From: Chromatiales bacterium
GTDB lineage: Bacteria; Pseudomonadota; Gammaproteobacteria; JACCXJ01
Length of the DNA stretch: 54,337 nucleotides
Assembly (NCBI GenBank): GCA_043673925.1
Contig: JBIMKC010000001.1
Location: 3,106-57,442, forward strand
Direction: 5' to 3'
Of the stretch, positions 18,104 to 26,764 are shown in pieces. The notes beneath the pieces were generated by a model. It saw nothing but the letters and a program-made list of their open reading frames with translations. It was not told the DNA's origin and did no database searches. Position 1 is the stretch's first letter; each line of letters opens with the position of its first letter. The translations under genes and the position numbers were made by a program.

Positions 18104-19021
18104 ATGTTCGTCCGCCAACTGCAGTATCTTGTGGCGCTTGCCCGGACGCGCCACTTCGCGCGCGCGGCCGAGCTATGCCACGTCTCGCAGCCGGCCTTGT
18201 CGGCGGCCATTCAGCACCTCGAGGAAGAGCTAGGCATCGCCATCGTTCGCCGTGATCAGCGCTTCCAGGGCCTCACCCCCGAAGGCGAGCGGCTCCTCGG
18301 CTGGGCACAGCGCGTCCTGGCCGACTGGGAGGGGCTGCGGCAGGAAGCGGCGCGTTCGCGCGGTGAGATCACCGGAACCTTGCGCATCGGCGCCATCCCC
18401 ACCACGATGCCGGTCGTCCCATTGCTCACCTCACAGAGCCGGGCGGCTTATCCCGATATCCACCAAGCGGTCTTTTCGCTCTCCGCCGAAGAGATCATCC
18501 GCCGGCTCGACGGCTTCGAGTTGGACCTCGGTCTCACCTACCTCGAAGACCAACGGCTGGGCGGTTTCCGCGTCCTCGCCTTGTACCGGGAGCGCTACCT
18601 GTTGCTGGCACCGAACCGAGGGGCGTTCCGCGGGCGGGCGGCGATGAGTTGGTCCGAGGCCGCCGAGCTGCCTCTTTGCCTGCTCACCCCCAATATGCAG
18701 AACCGCCGCATCATCGACGCGGCCTTCCGGCAGGCGGGGACCGCACCGAATGTTGCGGTTGAGACCGACTCCGCCTTTGCGCTCTATGCCCACGTCCGCT
18801 GCGCCGGGCTCCACACCATCGTGCCCCACAGCATCCTGTTCCTCCTCGACATGCGCGAGGAGGTCACCGCCATCCCCCTGTCCCCGGAGCTGTCGCGGCC
18901 TATCGGGCTTATCGCGCTCAGCCACGACCCGCCGCCCCCGCTCATCGCCGCGGCCTGGGAGGTGTTCGCGGGCCTCGATCTCCAGAGCCGCTTCGACACG
19001 CTGATAAGCCCCGCAAATTGA
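18104..19021 (+). CDS. LysR-family transcriptional regulator
   Basis: ORF 17957..19021 trimmed to the ATG at 18104 (MFVRQLQYLVALARTRHFARAAELCHVSQPALSAAIQHLEEELG). Confidence 0.85.
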   Translation: MFVRQLQYLVALARTRHFARAAELCHVSQPALSAAIQHLEEELGIAIVRRDQRFQGLTPEGERLLGWAQRVLADWEGLRQEAARSRGEITGTLRIGAIPTTMPVVPLLTSQSRAAYPDIHQAVFSLSAEEIIRRLDGFELDLGLTYLEDQRLGGFRVLALYRERYLLLAPNRGAFRGRAAMSWSEAAELPLCLLTPNMQNRRIIDAAFRQAGTAPNVAVETDSAFALYAHVRCAGLHTIVPHSILFLLDMREEVTAIPLSPELSRPIGLIALSHDPPPPLIAAAWEVFAGLDLQSRFDTLISPAN

Positions 19022-19109
19022 CCCATCCAAACAAACGATTGGACTGACCGGCCTCTTATGCCCGAGGATCTCGCGCTCCCGGCCGCGCCGGGACGGACGA
19101 CGGGCCTAA

Positions 19110-19252
19110 GAGTTTGTGAAAAAACGGTCGCGAGCGAAGGGAGGTCGCGTTCCGCCGGAGCGCAGGAACCGGAGTGTATATTGAAATACATGAGGATTCC
19201 GAGTACCGCCGGAACGCGAGATCCCGAGCGTAGTAGGTTTTTTCACAAACTC
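19110..19252 (+). mobile_element. 143-bp MITE, copy 1 (16-bp perfect TIRs gagtttgtgaaaaaac, flanked by TAA/TAA)
   Basis: The terminal inverted repeats and flanking direct repeats (TAA at 19107-19109 and 19253-19255) can be read directly. It differs at 7 of 143 positions, with no indels, from the reverse complement of 50852..50994. Confidence 0.8.
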
Positions 19253-19300
19253 TAAGCCCTGCAATCTTCAACGATCCCAAGAACCCCAGGAGGTCCTACC

Positions 19301-20503
19301 ATGGCCAAGGTTGTTTGCGTGCTCTACGACGATCCCGTCACCGGCTACCCGAAATCCTATGCCCGCGATGATGTCCCCAAGCTCGAACGCTACCCCGACG
19401 GGCAAAGCCTGCCCTCTCCGAAGGGTATCGATTTTCAGCCCGGACAGTTGCTGGGCAGCGTCTCGGGCGCCCTCGGCCTGCGTCAGTTCCTAGAAAGCAA
19501 CGGTCACAAGCTCGTCGTCACCTCGGACAAGGACGGTCCCGACTCGGTCCTGGAGCGGGAGTTGCCCGATGCGGACATCGTGATCTCGCAGCCCTTCTGG
19601 CCGGCCTACATGACCGCGGCTCGCATCGCCAAGTCACCGAAGCTCAAGCTCATCGTCACCGCCGGCATCGGTTCGGACCATACCGATCTGCAGGCGGCGA
19701 TCGAACGCGGGATCACGGTGGCCGAGGTCACGTATTGCAACAGCATCAGTGTCGCCGAGCACGTGGTGATGATGATCCTCTCGCTGGTGCGCAACTACAT
19801 CCCGTCTCATCAGTGGGTTATCGACAAGGGCTGGAACATCGCCGACTGCGTCGCGCGTTCGTATGATCTCGAAGGCATGACGGTCGGGACCGTGGCCGCC
19901 GGCCGCATCGGGCTTGGCGTGCTCCGCAGGCTCAAACCCTTCGATGTCAAGCTCCACTACACCGATCGGCATCGTCTCTCCCCGGACATCGAGCGGGAAT
20001 TGGACCTCACCTTCCATGCGAATGTCGAATCGCTGGTGCGGGTCTGCGACGTGGTCACCATCAACTGCCCGCTGCACCCGGAGACCGAGCATCTCTTCAA
20101 CGAGGCGCTGCTCGGCAAGATGAAACGCGGCGCCTATATCGTCAACACCGCGCGCGGCAAGATCTGCGACCGCGAGGCGATCGCCCGCGCGCTCGAGAGC
20201 GGCCGGCTCGCCGGTTACGCCGGGGATGTGTGGTTTCCGCAGCCGCCGCCCAAGGACCACCCGTGGCGCACCATGCCCCACCACGGCATGACGCCGCACA
20301 TCTCGGGCACCAGCCTCTCGGCGCAGGCGCGCTACGCGGCCGGCGTGCGTGAGATCCTGGAGTGCTGGTTCGAAGGCCGCCCCATCCGCAACGAGTACCT
20401 GGTCGTCGATGCCGGCAAGCTCGCCGGTGTCGGCGCCCATTCCTACAGCGCCGGCAACGCCACGGGCGGGTCCGACGAAGCGGCGCGCTTCAAGCGGGGG
20501 TAG
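19301..20503 (+). CDS. fdh: NAD-dependent formate dehydrogenase (D-2-hydroxyacid dehydrogenase family)
   Basis: Near-collinear with the Pseudomonas sp. 101-type FDH sequence as I recall it (MAKV.CVLYDDPV.GYP..YARDD, PFWPAY, VAEVTYCNSISVAEHVVMMILSLVRNY, GTVAAGRIG, HYTDRHRL, GDVWFPQP, GNATGGSEEAA.FK). AGGAGG lies 8 nt upstream. Confidence 0.95.
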   Translation: MAKVVCVLYDDPVTGYPKSYARDDVPKLERYPDGQSLPSPKGIDFQPGQLLGSVSGALGLRQFLESNGHKLVVTSDKDGPDSVLERELPDADIVISQPFWPAYMTAARIAKSPKLKLIVTAGIGSDHTDLQAAIERGITVAEVTYCNSISVAEHVVMMILSLVRNYIPSHQWVIDKGWNIADCVARSYDLEGMTVGTVAAGRIGLGVLRRLKPFDVKLHYTDRHRLSPDIERELDLTFHANVESLVRVCDVVTINCPLHPETEHLFNEALLGKMKRGAYIVNTARGKICDREAIARALESGRLAGYAGDVWFPQPPPKDHPWRTMPHHGMTPHISGTSLSAQARYAAGVREILECWFEGRPIRNEYLVVDAGKLAGVGAHSYSAGNATGGSDEAARFKRG

Positions 20504-20556
20504 GTTCGGTTCCCGGCGGGTTACCGGCAGCGGTACCGCGAGCGACGGCGACCCCG

Positions 20557-21363
20557 TTAACGACCGTCGCGGTGATCGATCCCGACCTTAGCGGAATCCC
20601 GCATCGGCATCGGCGCTATCTTTTTAACACGGGCGAGACCGAGCGCGCAGAGAGTTCGTATATGCAACCAGCCTAGATCGAACTCCCACCATCTCGATGA
20701 AAACTTTGCGGAGCTCGGAAACGCGTGGTGGTTATTATGCAACTCCTCGCCCCCGATCAAGATCCCCCAGGGCATAAAATTGGTGGAGGCGTCGGGAAGT
20801 TCGTAATTCCTATATCCCCAATAATGGCCGAGCCCGTTAACCACACCCGCGGCGAAGAAGGGGATCCAAGCCATTTGGATCGCCCAAATGGACAGCCCAA
20901 GCGGGCCGAATAAGATGAGGTCGATCATGAGCATGAGGGGGGTACCGTACTCGAAACGCGTGCTATAAATATTCCGTTCCAGCCAATCGTCGGGTGTGCC
21001 ATGCCCGTATTTTTCCGCGATCGCAGGATCCCTGGCTTCGGCCCGATAAAGCTCGGCTCCCTCTAAAAGCACCTTCCTGATGCCGAACACCACTGGGCTG
21101 TGCGGGTCCTCGGCCGTTTCGACCCGCGCATGATGTTTGCGATGGACCGCGACCCATTGTCTTGTGACCATCGCTGTCGTTAGCCACAACCAAAAACGAA
21201 AGAAATGGGAGATGATAGGATGCAGATCGATGGCTCTGTGAGCCTGATGGCGATGTAGGTAAATGGTGATGGCGACGATCGTGATATGTGTGAGGAGGAG
21301 CGTATAAGCAATGTAACCCCACCAAGGCAGGTCCCAAATGCCGCCCATCATAGAATTTCGCAA
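20557..21363 (-). CDS. membrane fatty acid desaturase (acyl-CoA/acyl-lipid delta-9-like)
   Basis: Three histidine boxes: HRHQAH, HRKHHA and HNNHHAF. Confidence 0.85.
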   Translation of the reverse strand: MRNSMMGGIWDLPWWGYIAYTLLLTHITIVAITIYLHRHQAHRAIDLHPIISHFFRFWLWLTTAMVTRQWVAVHRKHHARVETAEDPHSPVVFGIRKVLLEGAELYRAEARDPAIAEKYGHGTPDDWLERNIYSTRFEYGTPLMLMIDLILFGPLGLSIWAIQMAWIPFFAAGVVNGLGHYWGYRNYELPDASTNFMPWGILIGGEELHNNHHAFPSSAKFSSRWWEFDLGWLHIRTLCALGLARVKKIAPMPMRDSAKVGIDHRDGR

Positions 21364-21381
21364 ATCCCTGTAGCGTTCCGC

Positions 21382-22329
21382 TTAATCGCTACCGGGCGCC
21401 CCTACCACATCGCCCCGTGCTTGCCTGTCAGCGTGGTAAGACGAACGCACCATCGGCCCGCTCGCGACCCGGCTAAACCCGAGCGCTTTAGCATAATCGC
21501 CGAGCGCTCGAAACTCCTCCGGCGTGACGAACCGCTCGACGGGCAAATGATAACGGCTCGGTTGCAGGTATTGACCGAGCGTCAGCATGTCGCACGCATG
21601 CGCGCGCAAGTCTTGAAGGGTCTGCTTCACTTCGTGCAGTGTTTCTCCCAAGCCTAGCATTAGACCGGATTTGGTCGGGATCAAGGCGTGTGCCTGCTTG
21701 AAGCGCTGGAGGAGATGCAGCGAGCCCGCATAGTCAGCGCCGGGGCGGACGCGGCGGTACAAGCGCGGAACCGTCTCAAGATTATGGTTGAAGACATCAG
21801 GGAGCGCCGCATAAAGCCGCTCCAATGCCAGCTCCATACGCCTGCGGAAATCGGGCACCAGGATTTCAATGGTGAGCCCGGGAAGCCGTTGGCGCAGCGC
21901 CGCGATGCACGCGGCGAAATGGCCGGCGCCGCGATCTTCCAGATCGTCGCGATCGACCGAGGTGATGACCACATAGGAAAGCCCCATAACCGCCACCGCC
22001 TTCGCCAGCCGGTGCGGTTCGAGCGGATCGACCGCGCCCGGCCGCCCGTGGGCGACATCGCAAAACGGACAGCGCCGGGTGCAGATGTCCCCGAGGATCA
22101 TGAAGGTGGCGGTTCCGTGCGCGAAACACTCGCCGAGATTCGGGCAGGCGGCTTCTTCACATACCGTGTGGAGGCGCTGTTCCCTGAGCAATTCCTTCAG
22201 CCGCAGAACCGAGGGCGCTACCGGTAACCGGGCGCGGATCCACGGCGGCTTGCGCGCCAAGGGCGGGCTGGTAGCAGGCGCGATCTTACGCCGGCCGGTG
22301 AGTGCTGGGTGGGTCTCGTTGAGTGACAT
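21382..22329 (-). CDS. lipA: lipoyl synthase
   Basis: [13 protein letters not shown] and the radical-SAM motif [10 protein letters not shown]. Confidence 0.95.
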   Translation of the reverse strand: MSLNETHPALTGRRKIAPATSPPLARKPPWIRARLPVAPSVLRLKELLREQRLHTVCEEAACPNLGECFAHGTATFMILGDICTRRCPFCDVAHGRPGAVDPLEPHRLAKAVAVMGLSYVVITSVDRDDLEDRGAGHFAACIAALRQRLPGLTIEILVPDFRRRMELALERLYAALPDVFNHNLETVPRLYRRVRPGADYAGSLHLLQRFKQAHALIPTKSGLMLGLGETLHEVKQTLQDLRAHACDMLTLGQYLQPSRYHLPVERFVTPEEFRALGDYAKALGFSRVASGPMVRSSYHADRQARGDVVGAPGSD

Positions 22330-22975
22330 CGATTAACGGTCCTCGCGTCCCAGTGAACGCGCCAATATCATAACCGAGATTATTGAGGAGGCGCGCAACC
22401 AGGCATTCCGTGACCACGCTCATGCTTTCCGCGACGCCATGATCGTGGAGCTGGGTCACCCGCAGCCCCGCGTAACCGCAGGGGTTAATTTTCAGAAACG
22501 GGCTGAGGTCCATGTTCACGTTGAGCGCGAGCCCGTGGAACGTACAACCCCGCCGCACCCGCAAACCCACCGCCGCCACCTTCGCGCCGTCGAGATAGAC
22601 CCCCGGCGCACCGGAACGTCTCCGCGCGAGGATCCGCCAAGTCTCGCACAGGTCGATCACCGCTTGTTCCAGCGCGTTAACGAAGCGCTTGACTCCCCAA
22701 CCTATGCGCCGCAAATCGGCAAGCACATAAACGACCAATTGTCCCGGCCCATGGTAGGTCACCTGGCCGCCGCGATCACAAGGGACCACTGGGATCGCGC
22801 CCGGATCCATAAGATGCTCCTCTTTACCGCCTAATCCGAGCGTGAACACCGGAGGATGTTCGAGCAGCCAGATCTCATCCGCCGTCGCCTCGGTGCGCCG
22901 GTCCGTGAATCGGCGCATCGCCTCCCATGCGGCGGTGTATTCCGTTAATCCGAAATCCTGGACGAGAGGCTGCAT
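22286..22975 (-). CDS. lipB: lipoyl(octanoyl) transferase
   Basis: [16 protein letters not shown] motif. It lies upstream of lipA and overlaps it. Confidence 0.9.
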   Translation of the reverse strand: MQPLVQDFGLTEYTAAWEAMRRFTDRRTEATADEIWLLEHPPVFTLGLGGKEEHLMDPGAIPVVPCDRGGQVTYHGPGQLVVYVLADLRRIGWGVKRFVNALEQAVIDLCETWRILARRRSGAPGVYLDGAKVAAVGLRVRRGCTFHGLALNVNMDLSPFLKINPCGYAGLRVTQLHDHGVAESMSVVTECLVARLLNNLGYDIGAFTGTRGPLIDVTQRDPPSTHRPA

Positions 22976-22984
22976 TGCTCGCGA

Positions 22985-23254
22985 TTACAGCACCAGAACC
23001 ACGCGCCGGTGACGGCTCAACTCGTGGTAGATGGCATCGAGCTGGGCCTGGCTCTCGGCCTCTACGGTCACCGTCACGGCCAGATAGCGACCGCCGCGGC
23101 TCCGGCGCGTCGTCACCGCCGTCTCCCTGAGATCGCGCACGTGCTTGCGCACGATCCCGACGACCAGCACGTCGAAGTCCTCCGCCGCATGTCCCATGGC
23201 CTTGATCGGGAACGAACACGGGAAGACGAACGGGGATTCGCGTTGCGGATACAT
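22985..23254 (-). CDS. ybeD: YbeD/DUF493 family protein
   Basis: FPCSFPIKAMG motif and the conserved ybeD-lipB-lipA order. Confidence 0.8.
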   Translation of the reverse strand: MYPQRESPFVFPCSFPIKAMGHAAEDFDVLVVGIVRKHVRDLRETAVTTRRSRGGRYLAVTVTVEAESQAQLDAIYHELSRHRRVVLVL

Positions 23255-23289
23255 GGTTTCGGCCGGAGTGATGACTCGCTGAAAGTATG

Positions 23290-23994
23290 TTACCTAATCG
23301 TTCTGAACGTGAGATTAATCCTCGGGCCACAAGGCACGTTCGATTTGGGCACGCGGTGGCGCCAGTGGTGCTGCGTCGCCCCCGACATGAGGAGGAGACT
23401 GCCGTGGGTCAGATCAATCACCGAACGGTAGGCCTTGCAGCGCTTGTGCTGTAGCTGGAAGGTCCGAGTGTTCCCGAAGTTCACCGAGCCAATGACCGGG
23501 TTCGGGCCTAAACTCGGCTCGTCGTCGCTATGCCAGCCCATGGAATCCGCCTCATTGCGATAGAGGTTCAGCAACACGCTATTGAAGTTCGTCCCCGCCG
23601 CCTGCCCTACCCGCTCCCGAATGCTCAAGAGCGCCGCCAACCAGCCCCCCGCGACCAAGCTTAGGCCCGAGTACGCGTAGGTCACGCCCGCCTCGCCGTA
23701 CCAGGCCGTCAGGCGTGGTGAGTTAACCGTGCGGCCGAAGAGCGTGATGCGATCCTGTCGCCAGTCCACGCCGTCCGACAAGCTTTGAAAATAGCCCGCA
23801 CTCTCGGAGGCGGTAAACAATTCGCGCCACAGCATCAACTCCGCATCGGGCAGCGTAATCCGTTGCGGCGCCGTGATCGGCGGTCGAAGCTCGCTTGCCG
23901 GCGCATACCGGCCGGCCGCCCCGCCCCCCAGCCTCACCATATCGTCAATTTGAGCGCCTAGATCGATACTCATGGAGCCGGTAAGCTCCGTCAT
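23290..23994 (-). CDS. alkB: Fe(II)/2-oxoglutarate-dependent dioxygenase AlkB
   Basis: LLNLYRNEADSMGWHSDDEP and ..HWRHRVP.. motifs. Confidence 0.8.
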   Translation of the reverse strand: MTELTGSMSIDLGAQIDDMVRLGGGAAGRYAPASELRPPITAPQRITLPDAELMLWRELFTASESAGYFQSLSDGVDWRQDRITLFGRTVNSPRLTAWYGEAGVTYAYSGLSLVAGGWLAALLSIRERVGQAAGTNFNSVLLNLYRNEADSMGWHSDDEPSLGPNPVIGSVNFGNTRTFQLQHKRCKAYRSVIDLTHGSLLLMSGATQHHWRHRVPKSNVPCGPRINLTFRTIR

Positions 23995-24154
23995 GGAGCT
24001 TTGTTTCCCCCATCATCGTTTGTCAGGTGACCTATTTGACCGCAACCGGCCGTATAAAGAAAGCGGGGCTAACCAAGATCACTGCTTCACTTGACACGGT
24101 ATCGCTGCTTGAATAAAGAATAAAAAAGGGTGGAAATCGCGAGGCGCTCATTCG

Positions 24155-25438
24155 TTGCCTGATGTCCCGATCGGCGCATTGTTCGCCGGTCTGATCGTTC
24201 TCATTCTATTCTCGGCCTTTTTCTCGGGGTCCGAGACCGCGTTGATGACCCTCAACCGCTATCGGTTACGGCACCTCGCGGATCAACACCATCGCGGCGC
24301 CGTGCGCGTCAGCGCGCTTCTGGAGCAGCCCGACCGCTTGATCGGGCTGATCCTGCTCGGTAACAATTTCGTCAATAACCTCGCCTCATCCCTGGCGACG
24401 GTCATCGCGCTCAGCCTCATGGGGCGAGCGGGGATCGCGCTCGCCGCGGCCCTCCTGACCCTGGTCATGCTCATCTTCTCCGAGGTCGCTCCGAAGACCC
24501 TCGCGGTCTTGTACCCGGAAAAGGTGGCCTTCCCGGCCAGTACGATCCTGGTACCGCTTCTGCGGCTGTTGTACCCGGTCGTCTGGATCGTGAACCTGTT
24601 CGCCAACGGGCTCTTGCGGCTCCTGGGAGTCCGGCTCGACGAGGGCACGGCCATGCCGCTGAGCCGTGAGGAACTGCGCACCGTCGTTAAGGAAGCGGGC
24701 GCCTTGATCCCGAAGCGCCATCAGCAGATGTTGGTCGGGATCCTCGATCTCGAGAAGGTCTCGGTGCAAGATGTCATGGTGCCGCGCAACGAGATCGTGG
24801 CGATTGACCTGGACGAGGACGTCACAATCGTGACGGAGCATCTCAGGAACTGCCGGCACACTCGCACGCCGGTCTACCGTGCAACGATCGACAACGTGCT
24901 GGGGTTAGTACACGCGCGCCAGATCCCGCGCATCATCGGCCCCGGCCAGGGCGCCGATAAGGAGGTTATCGAGAAGCTCCTGCTGCCGGCGTACTACGTC
25001 CCGTTCGGCACACCGTTACATACGCAGCTTGCGAATTTCCAGCGCCAGCGGCAACGGCTGGCGGTCATCGTCGATGAGTACGGTGATGTCCAGGGACTGG
25101 TGACGCTCGAGGATATTCTGGAAGAGATCGTCGGGAAATTTACCACCGATCCGCAACAGTTAGGACGCGGGGTATTGGCCGATGTGGAGGGCGGCTATCT
25201 CATCGAGGGCGGGGCCAATGTCCGCGAGCTCAACCGCAAGCTGCGCTGGCGCTTGCCGACTAGCGGACCGAAAACGCTCAACGGCTTGATTCTAGAGGCC
25301 TTGGAAAGCATCCCTGAAGCGGGGACGGCCTTGCGGATCGGCGGCTATACGATCGAGATCATGCAAACCACCGATCATGCGGTCAAGACGGCGCGCGTGA
25401 CGCCACCCGCGGAGAGCCGATTAGCTGACGCGAAATAA
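24155..25438 (+). CDS. HlyC/CorC (CNNM) family transporter: DUF21 + CBS pair + CorC_HlyC
   Basis: A TTG start. It has the N-terminal DUF21 motif FFSGSETAL, a CBS region, and the C-terminal GYLIEGGANVRELN.. transporter-associated domain. Confidence 0.85.
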   Translation: MPDVPIGALFAGLIVLILFSAFFSGSETALMTLNRYRLRHLADQHHRGAVRVSALLEQPDRLIGLILLGNNFVNNLASSLATVIALSLMGRAGIALAAALLTLVMLIFSEVAPKTLAVLYPEKVAFPASTILVPLLRLLYPVVWIVNLFANGLLRLLGVRLDEGTAMPLSREELRTVVKEAGALIPKRHQQMLVGILDLEKVSVQDVMVPRNEIVAIDLDEDVTIVTEHLRNCRHTRTPVYRATIDNVLGLVHARQIPRIIGPGQGADKEVIEKLLLPAYYVPFGTPLHTQLANFQRQRQRLAVIVDEYGDVQGLVTLEDILEEIVGKFTTDPQQLGRGVLADVEGGYLIEGGANVRELNRKLRWRLPTSGPKTLNGLILEALESIPEAGTALRIGGYTIEIMQTTDHAVKTARVTPPAESRLADAK

Positions 25439-25512
25439 GGGCACGCGATTAAATCGCCGGCTATGGGGAACCGGGCGAATAAGCCGCGTGCGCACAGCGC
25501 ACCCCACGCTTG

Positions 25513-26736
25513 CTAGATATCGCCCAGATAGATGCGAAGACCGAAGGAAAAGAGAGCCGAGTCAAGATTGCCCTGCAACTCGGGGCCACCGTCGATCTGA
25601 AGCGTCTGGCCGCGCAAGAAAAGGTATCGCGCCTCGAGGTTGAAGGCGATGTTACTTGTGACAAAGTACTCGATACCGCCACCCAGCGACGCCGCAATGC
25701 CAAGGTCATTCCCGTCCACCACCAGATCCATCCCCGCAGGCCTGCCGTCGTTGCGCTCAGTGATGCCGATACCCACTCCGGCAAGCGCGTAAGGGACCAG
25801 CCGTCCGCCCAGTAGCGGGTGCCGCATCCGAAATTGAGGGAGGACGGTATAGATTGCCTGTTCAGTGATGTCGCCAAAACCGGGACGATGGAGCACCAGC
25901 TCATACGTCTCGAGAGAAATCTCGGCGCCGAAGTTTCGTCCGAAGTTCATACCCACCGCGAGGCCGAAAAGCTGGTCGAGGGTGTCAAAATACGCTGGCG
26001 GCTCCGCGGCGCCTTCGATACCGGAAAAGACCTCGTCGTTCACTGGTAAGGCTCCGCCGGCACGCACACCGAAGTAGAAGCGCGTCGGAACCTTCTCCCG
26101 TGACTCGGCCAGGATTGCCGGCCGCAGTTCAGGGTAGAAGAGCCGCCAGGTGAGCATTGCCAGCAAAGCGTTTGGCGTGATCCCGTGCGGAGTGCCGTCG
26201 ATCTCGAACGCCTGATCGCCAGCAAAAAGCTGCTTGACTTCGGCCCCGAGCGCGATGTTATCAGTCAGGAAATACTCGATGCCGGCGCCGATTGAAGCGA
26301 CGGGGGTGCTGGACTCCGTGTCTATCGTCACGCCGTGCGCCGAAGACACCTGGTCGTTGAACTGTGTGAATCCGATGCCGCCGCCCACGAGCAGGTAAGG
26401 AACGAGCCGGTCACGTAGCAGCGGATAGCGCAGCCGAACCTGCGGCACGACGCTCCAAACGCTGTATTCTCCAATCTTGCCAAAGCCGGACGGTTCGACG
26501 AATAGTTCATAGGAATCAACGGCTACCTCAATACCCACGTATCTGTTCAGGTTGGCGCCGAGCCCTATGCCCCAGGCGTCATGCACACCCGTCAGCGGAT
26601 TGGTGTCCTGCATTCTGAGATTCAGGTAATAGCGGAGGCTATCGCTGTCTTCGCAGCGGGCGGGGGACCCGGGGATCAACCCGATTGCAATCGCCGAGCA
26701 CAGAATGGTCATTCGTGTCATGAAGCTATCTCCCAT
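25513..26736 (-). CDS. outer-membrane beta-barrel protein with internal tandem duplication
   Basis: A signal peptide, alternating hydrophobic beta-strand patterns and a C-terminal aromatic-rich end (FGLRIYLGDI). The two halves are clearly homologous to each other. Confidence 0.6.
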   Translation of the reverse strand: MGDSFMTRMTILCSAIAIGLIPGSPARCEDSDSLRYYLNLRMQDTNPLTGVHDAWGIGLGANLNRYVGIEVAVDSYELFVEPSGFGKIGEYSVWSVVPQVRLRYPLLRDRLVPYLLVGGGIGFTQFNDQVSSAHGVTIDTESSTPVASIGAGIEYFLTDNIALGAEVKQLFAGDQAFEIDGTPHGITPNALLAMLTWRLFYPELRPAILAESREKVPTRFYFGVRAGGALPVNDEVFSGIEGAAEPPAYFDTLDQLFGLAVGMNFGRNFGAEISLETYELVLHRPGFGDITEQAIYTVLPQFRMRHPLLGGRLVPYALAGVGIGITERNDGRPAGMDLVVDGNDLGIAASLGGGIEYFVTSNIAFNLEARYLFLRGQTLQIDGGPELQGNLDSALFSFGLRIYLGDI

Positions 26737-26764
26737 TTATCTCATTTATCTAACGGCACGCGGC

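Noticed and set aside
19056-19280. ORFs 19056..19280, 19058..19255, 50261..50926 and 50674..50997 share peptide segments (e.g. ..CEKTY.ARDLA.RR.SESSCIS.YTPVPALRRNATSLRSR.FFHKL).
   Set aside because: The shared peptides are translations of the two MITE copies. The similarity is explained at the nucleotide level and the ORFs cross gene boundaries.
19634-20440. A long antisense ORF (268 aa) lies opposite the formate dehydrogenase gene. Similar ones lie opposite fhcB (47113..48015), fhcA (48294..49343), the ATP-grasp gene (43270..44235), fae and its neighbours (39313..40251) and pabB (35779..36558).
   Set aside because: Their composition is Arg/Ala/Gly/Pro-rich, they match no recognisable family, and each lies opposite a confidently identified gene. 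This is the expected stop-codon-poor antisense frame of GC-rich DNA.
24091-24119. A candidate sigma-70 promoter upstream of the CorC-family gene: TTGACA, 17 nt, TAAAGA.
   Set aside because: The -35 element is good, but the -10 element is weak and nothing else supports it. I noted it but did not list it as a feature.
25470-25500. Short GC hairpins at convergent gene ends as intrinsic terminators: cgcgtgcgcacagcgcaccc near 25480, and weaker ones at 15151-15234 and 20504-20556.
   Set aside because: The stems are 5-6 bp and lack a following T-tract on either strand, so they are not supportable as terminators from sequence alone.
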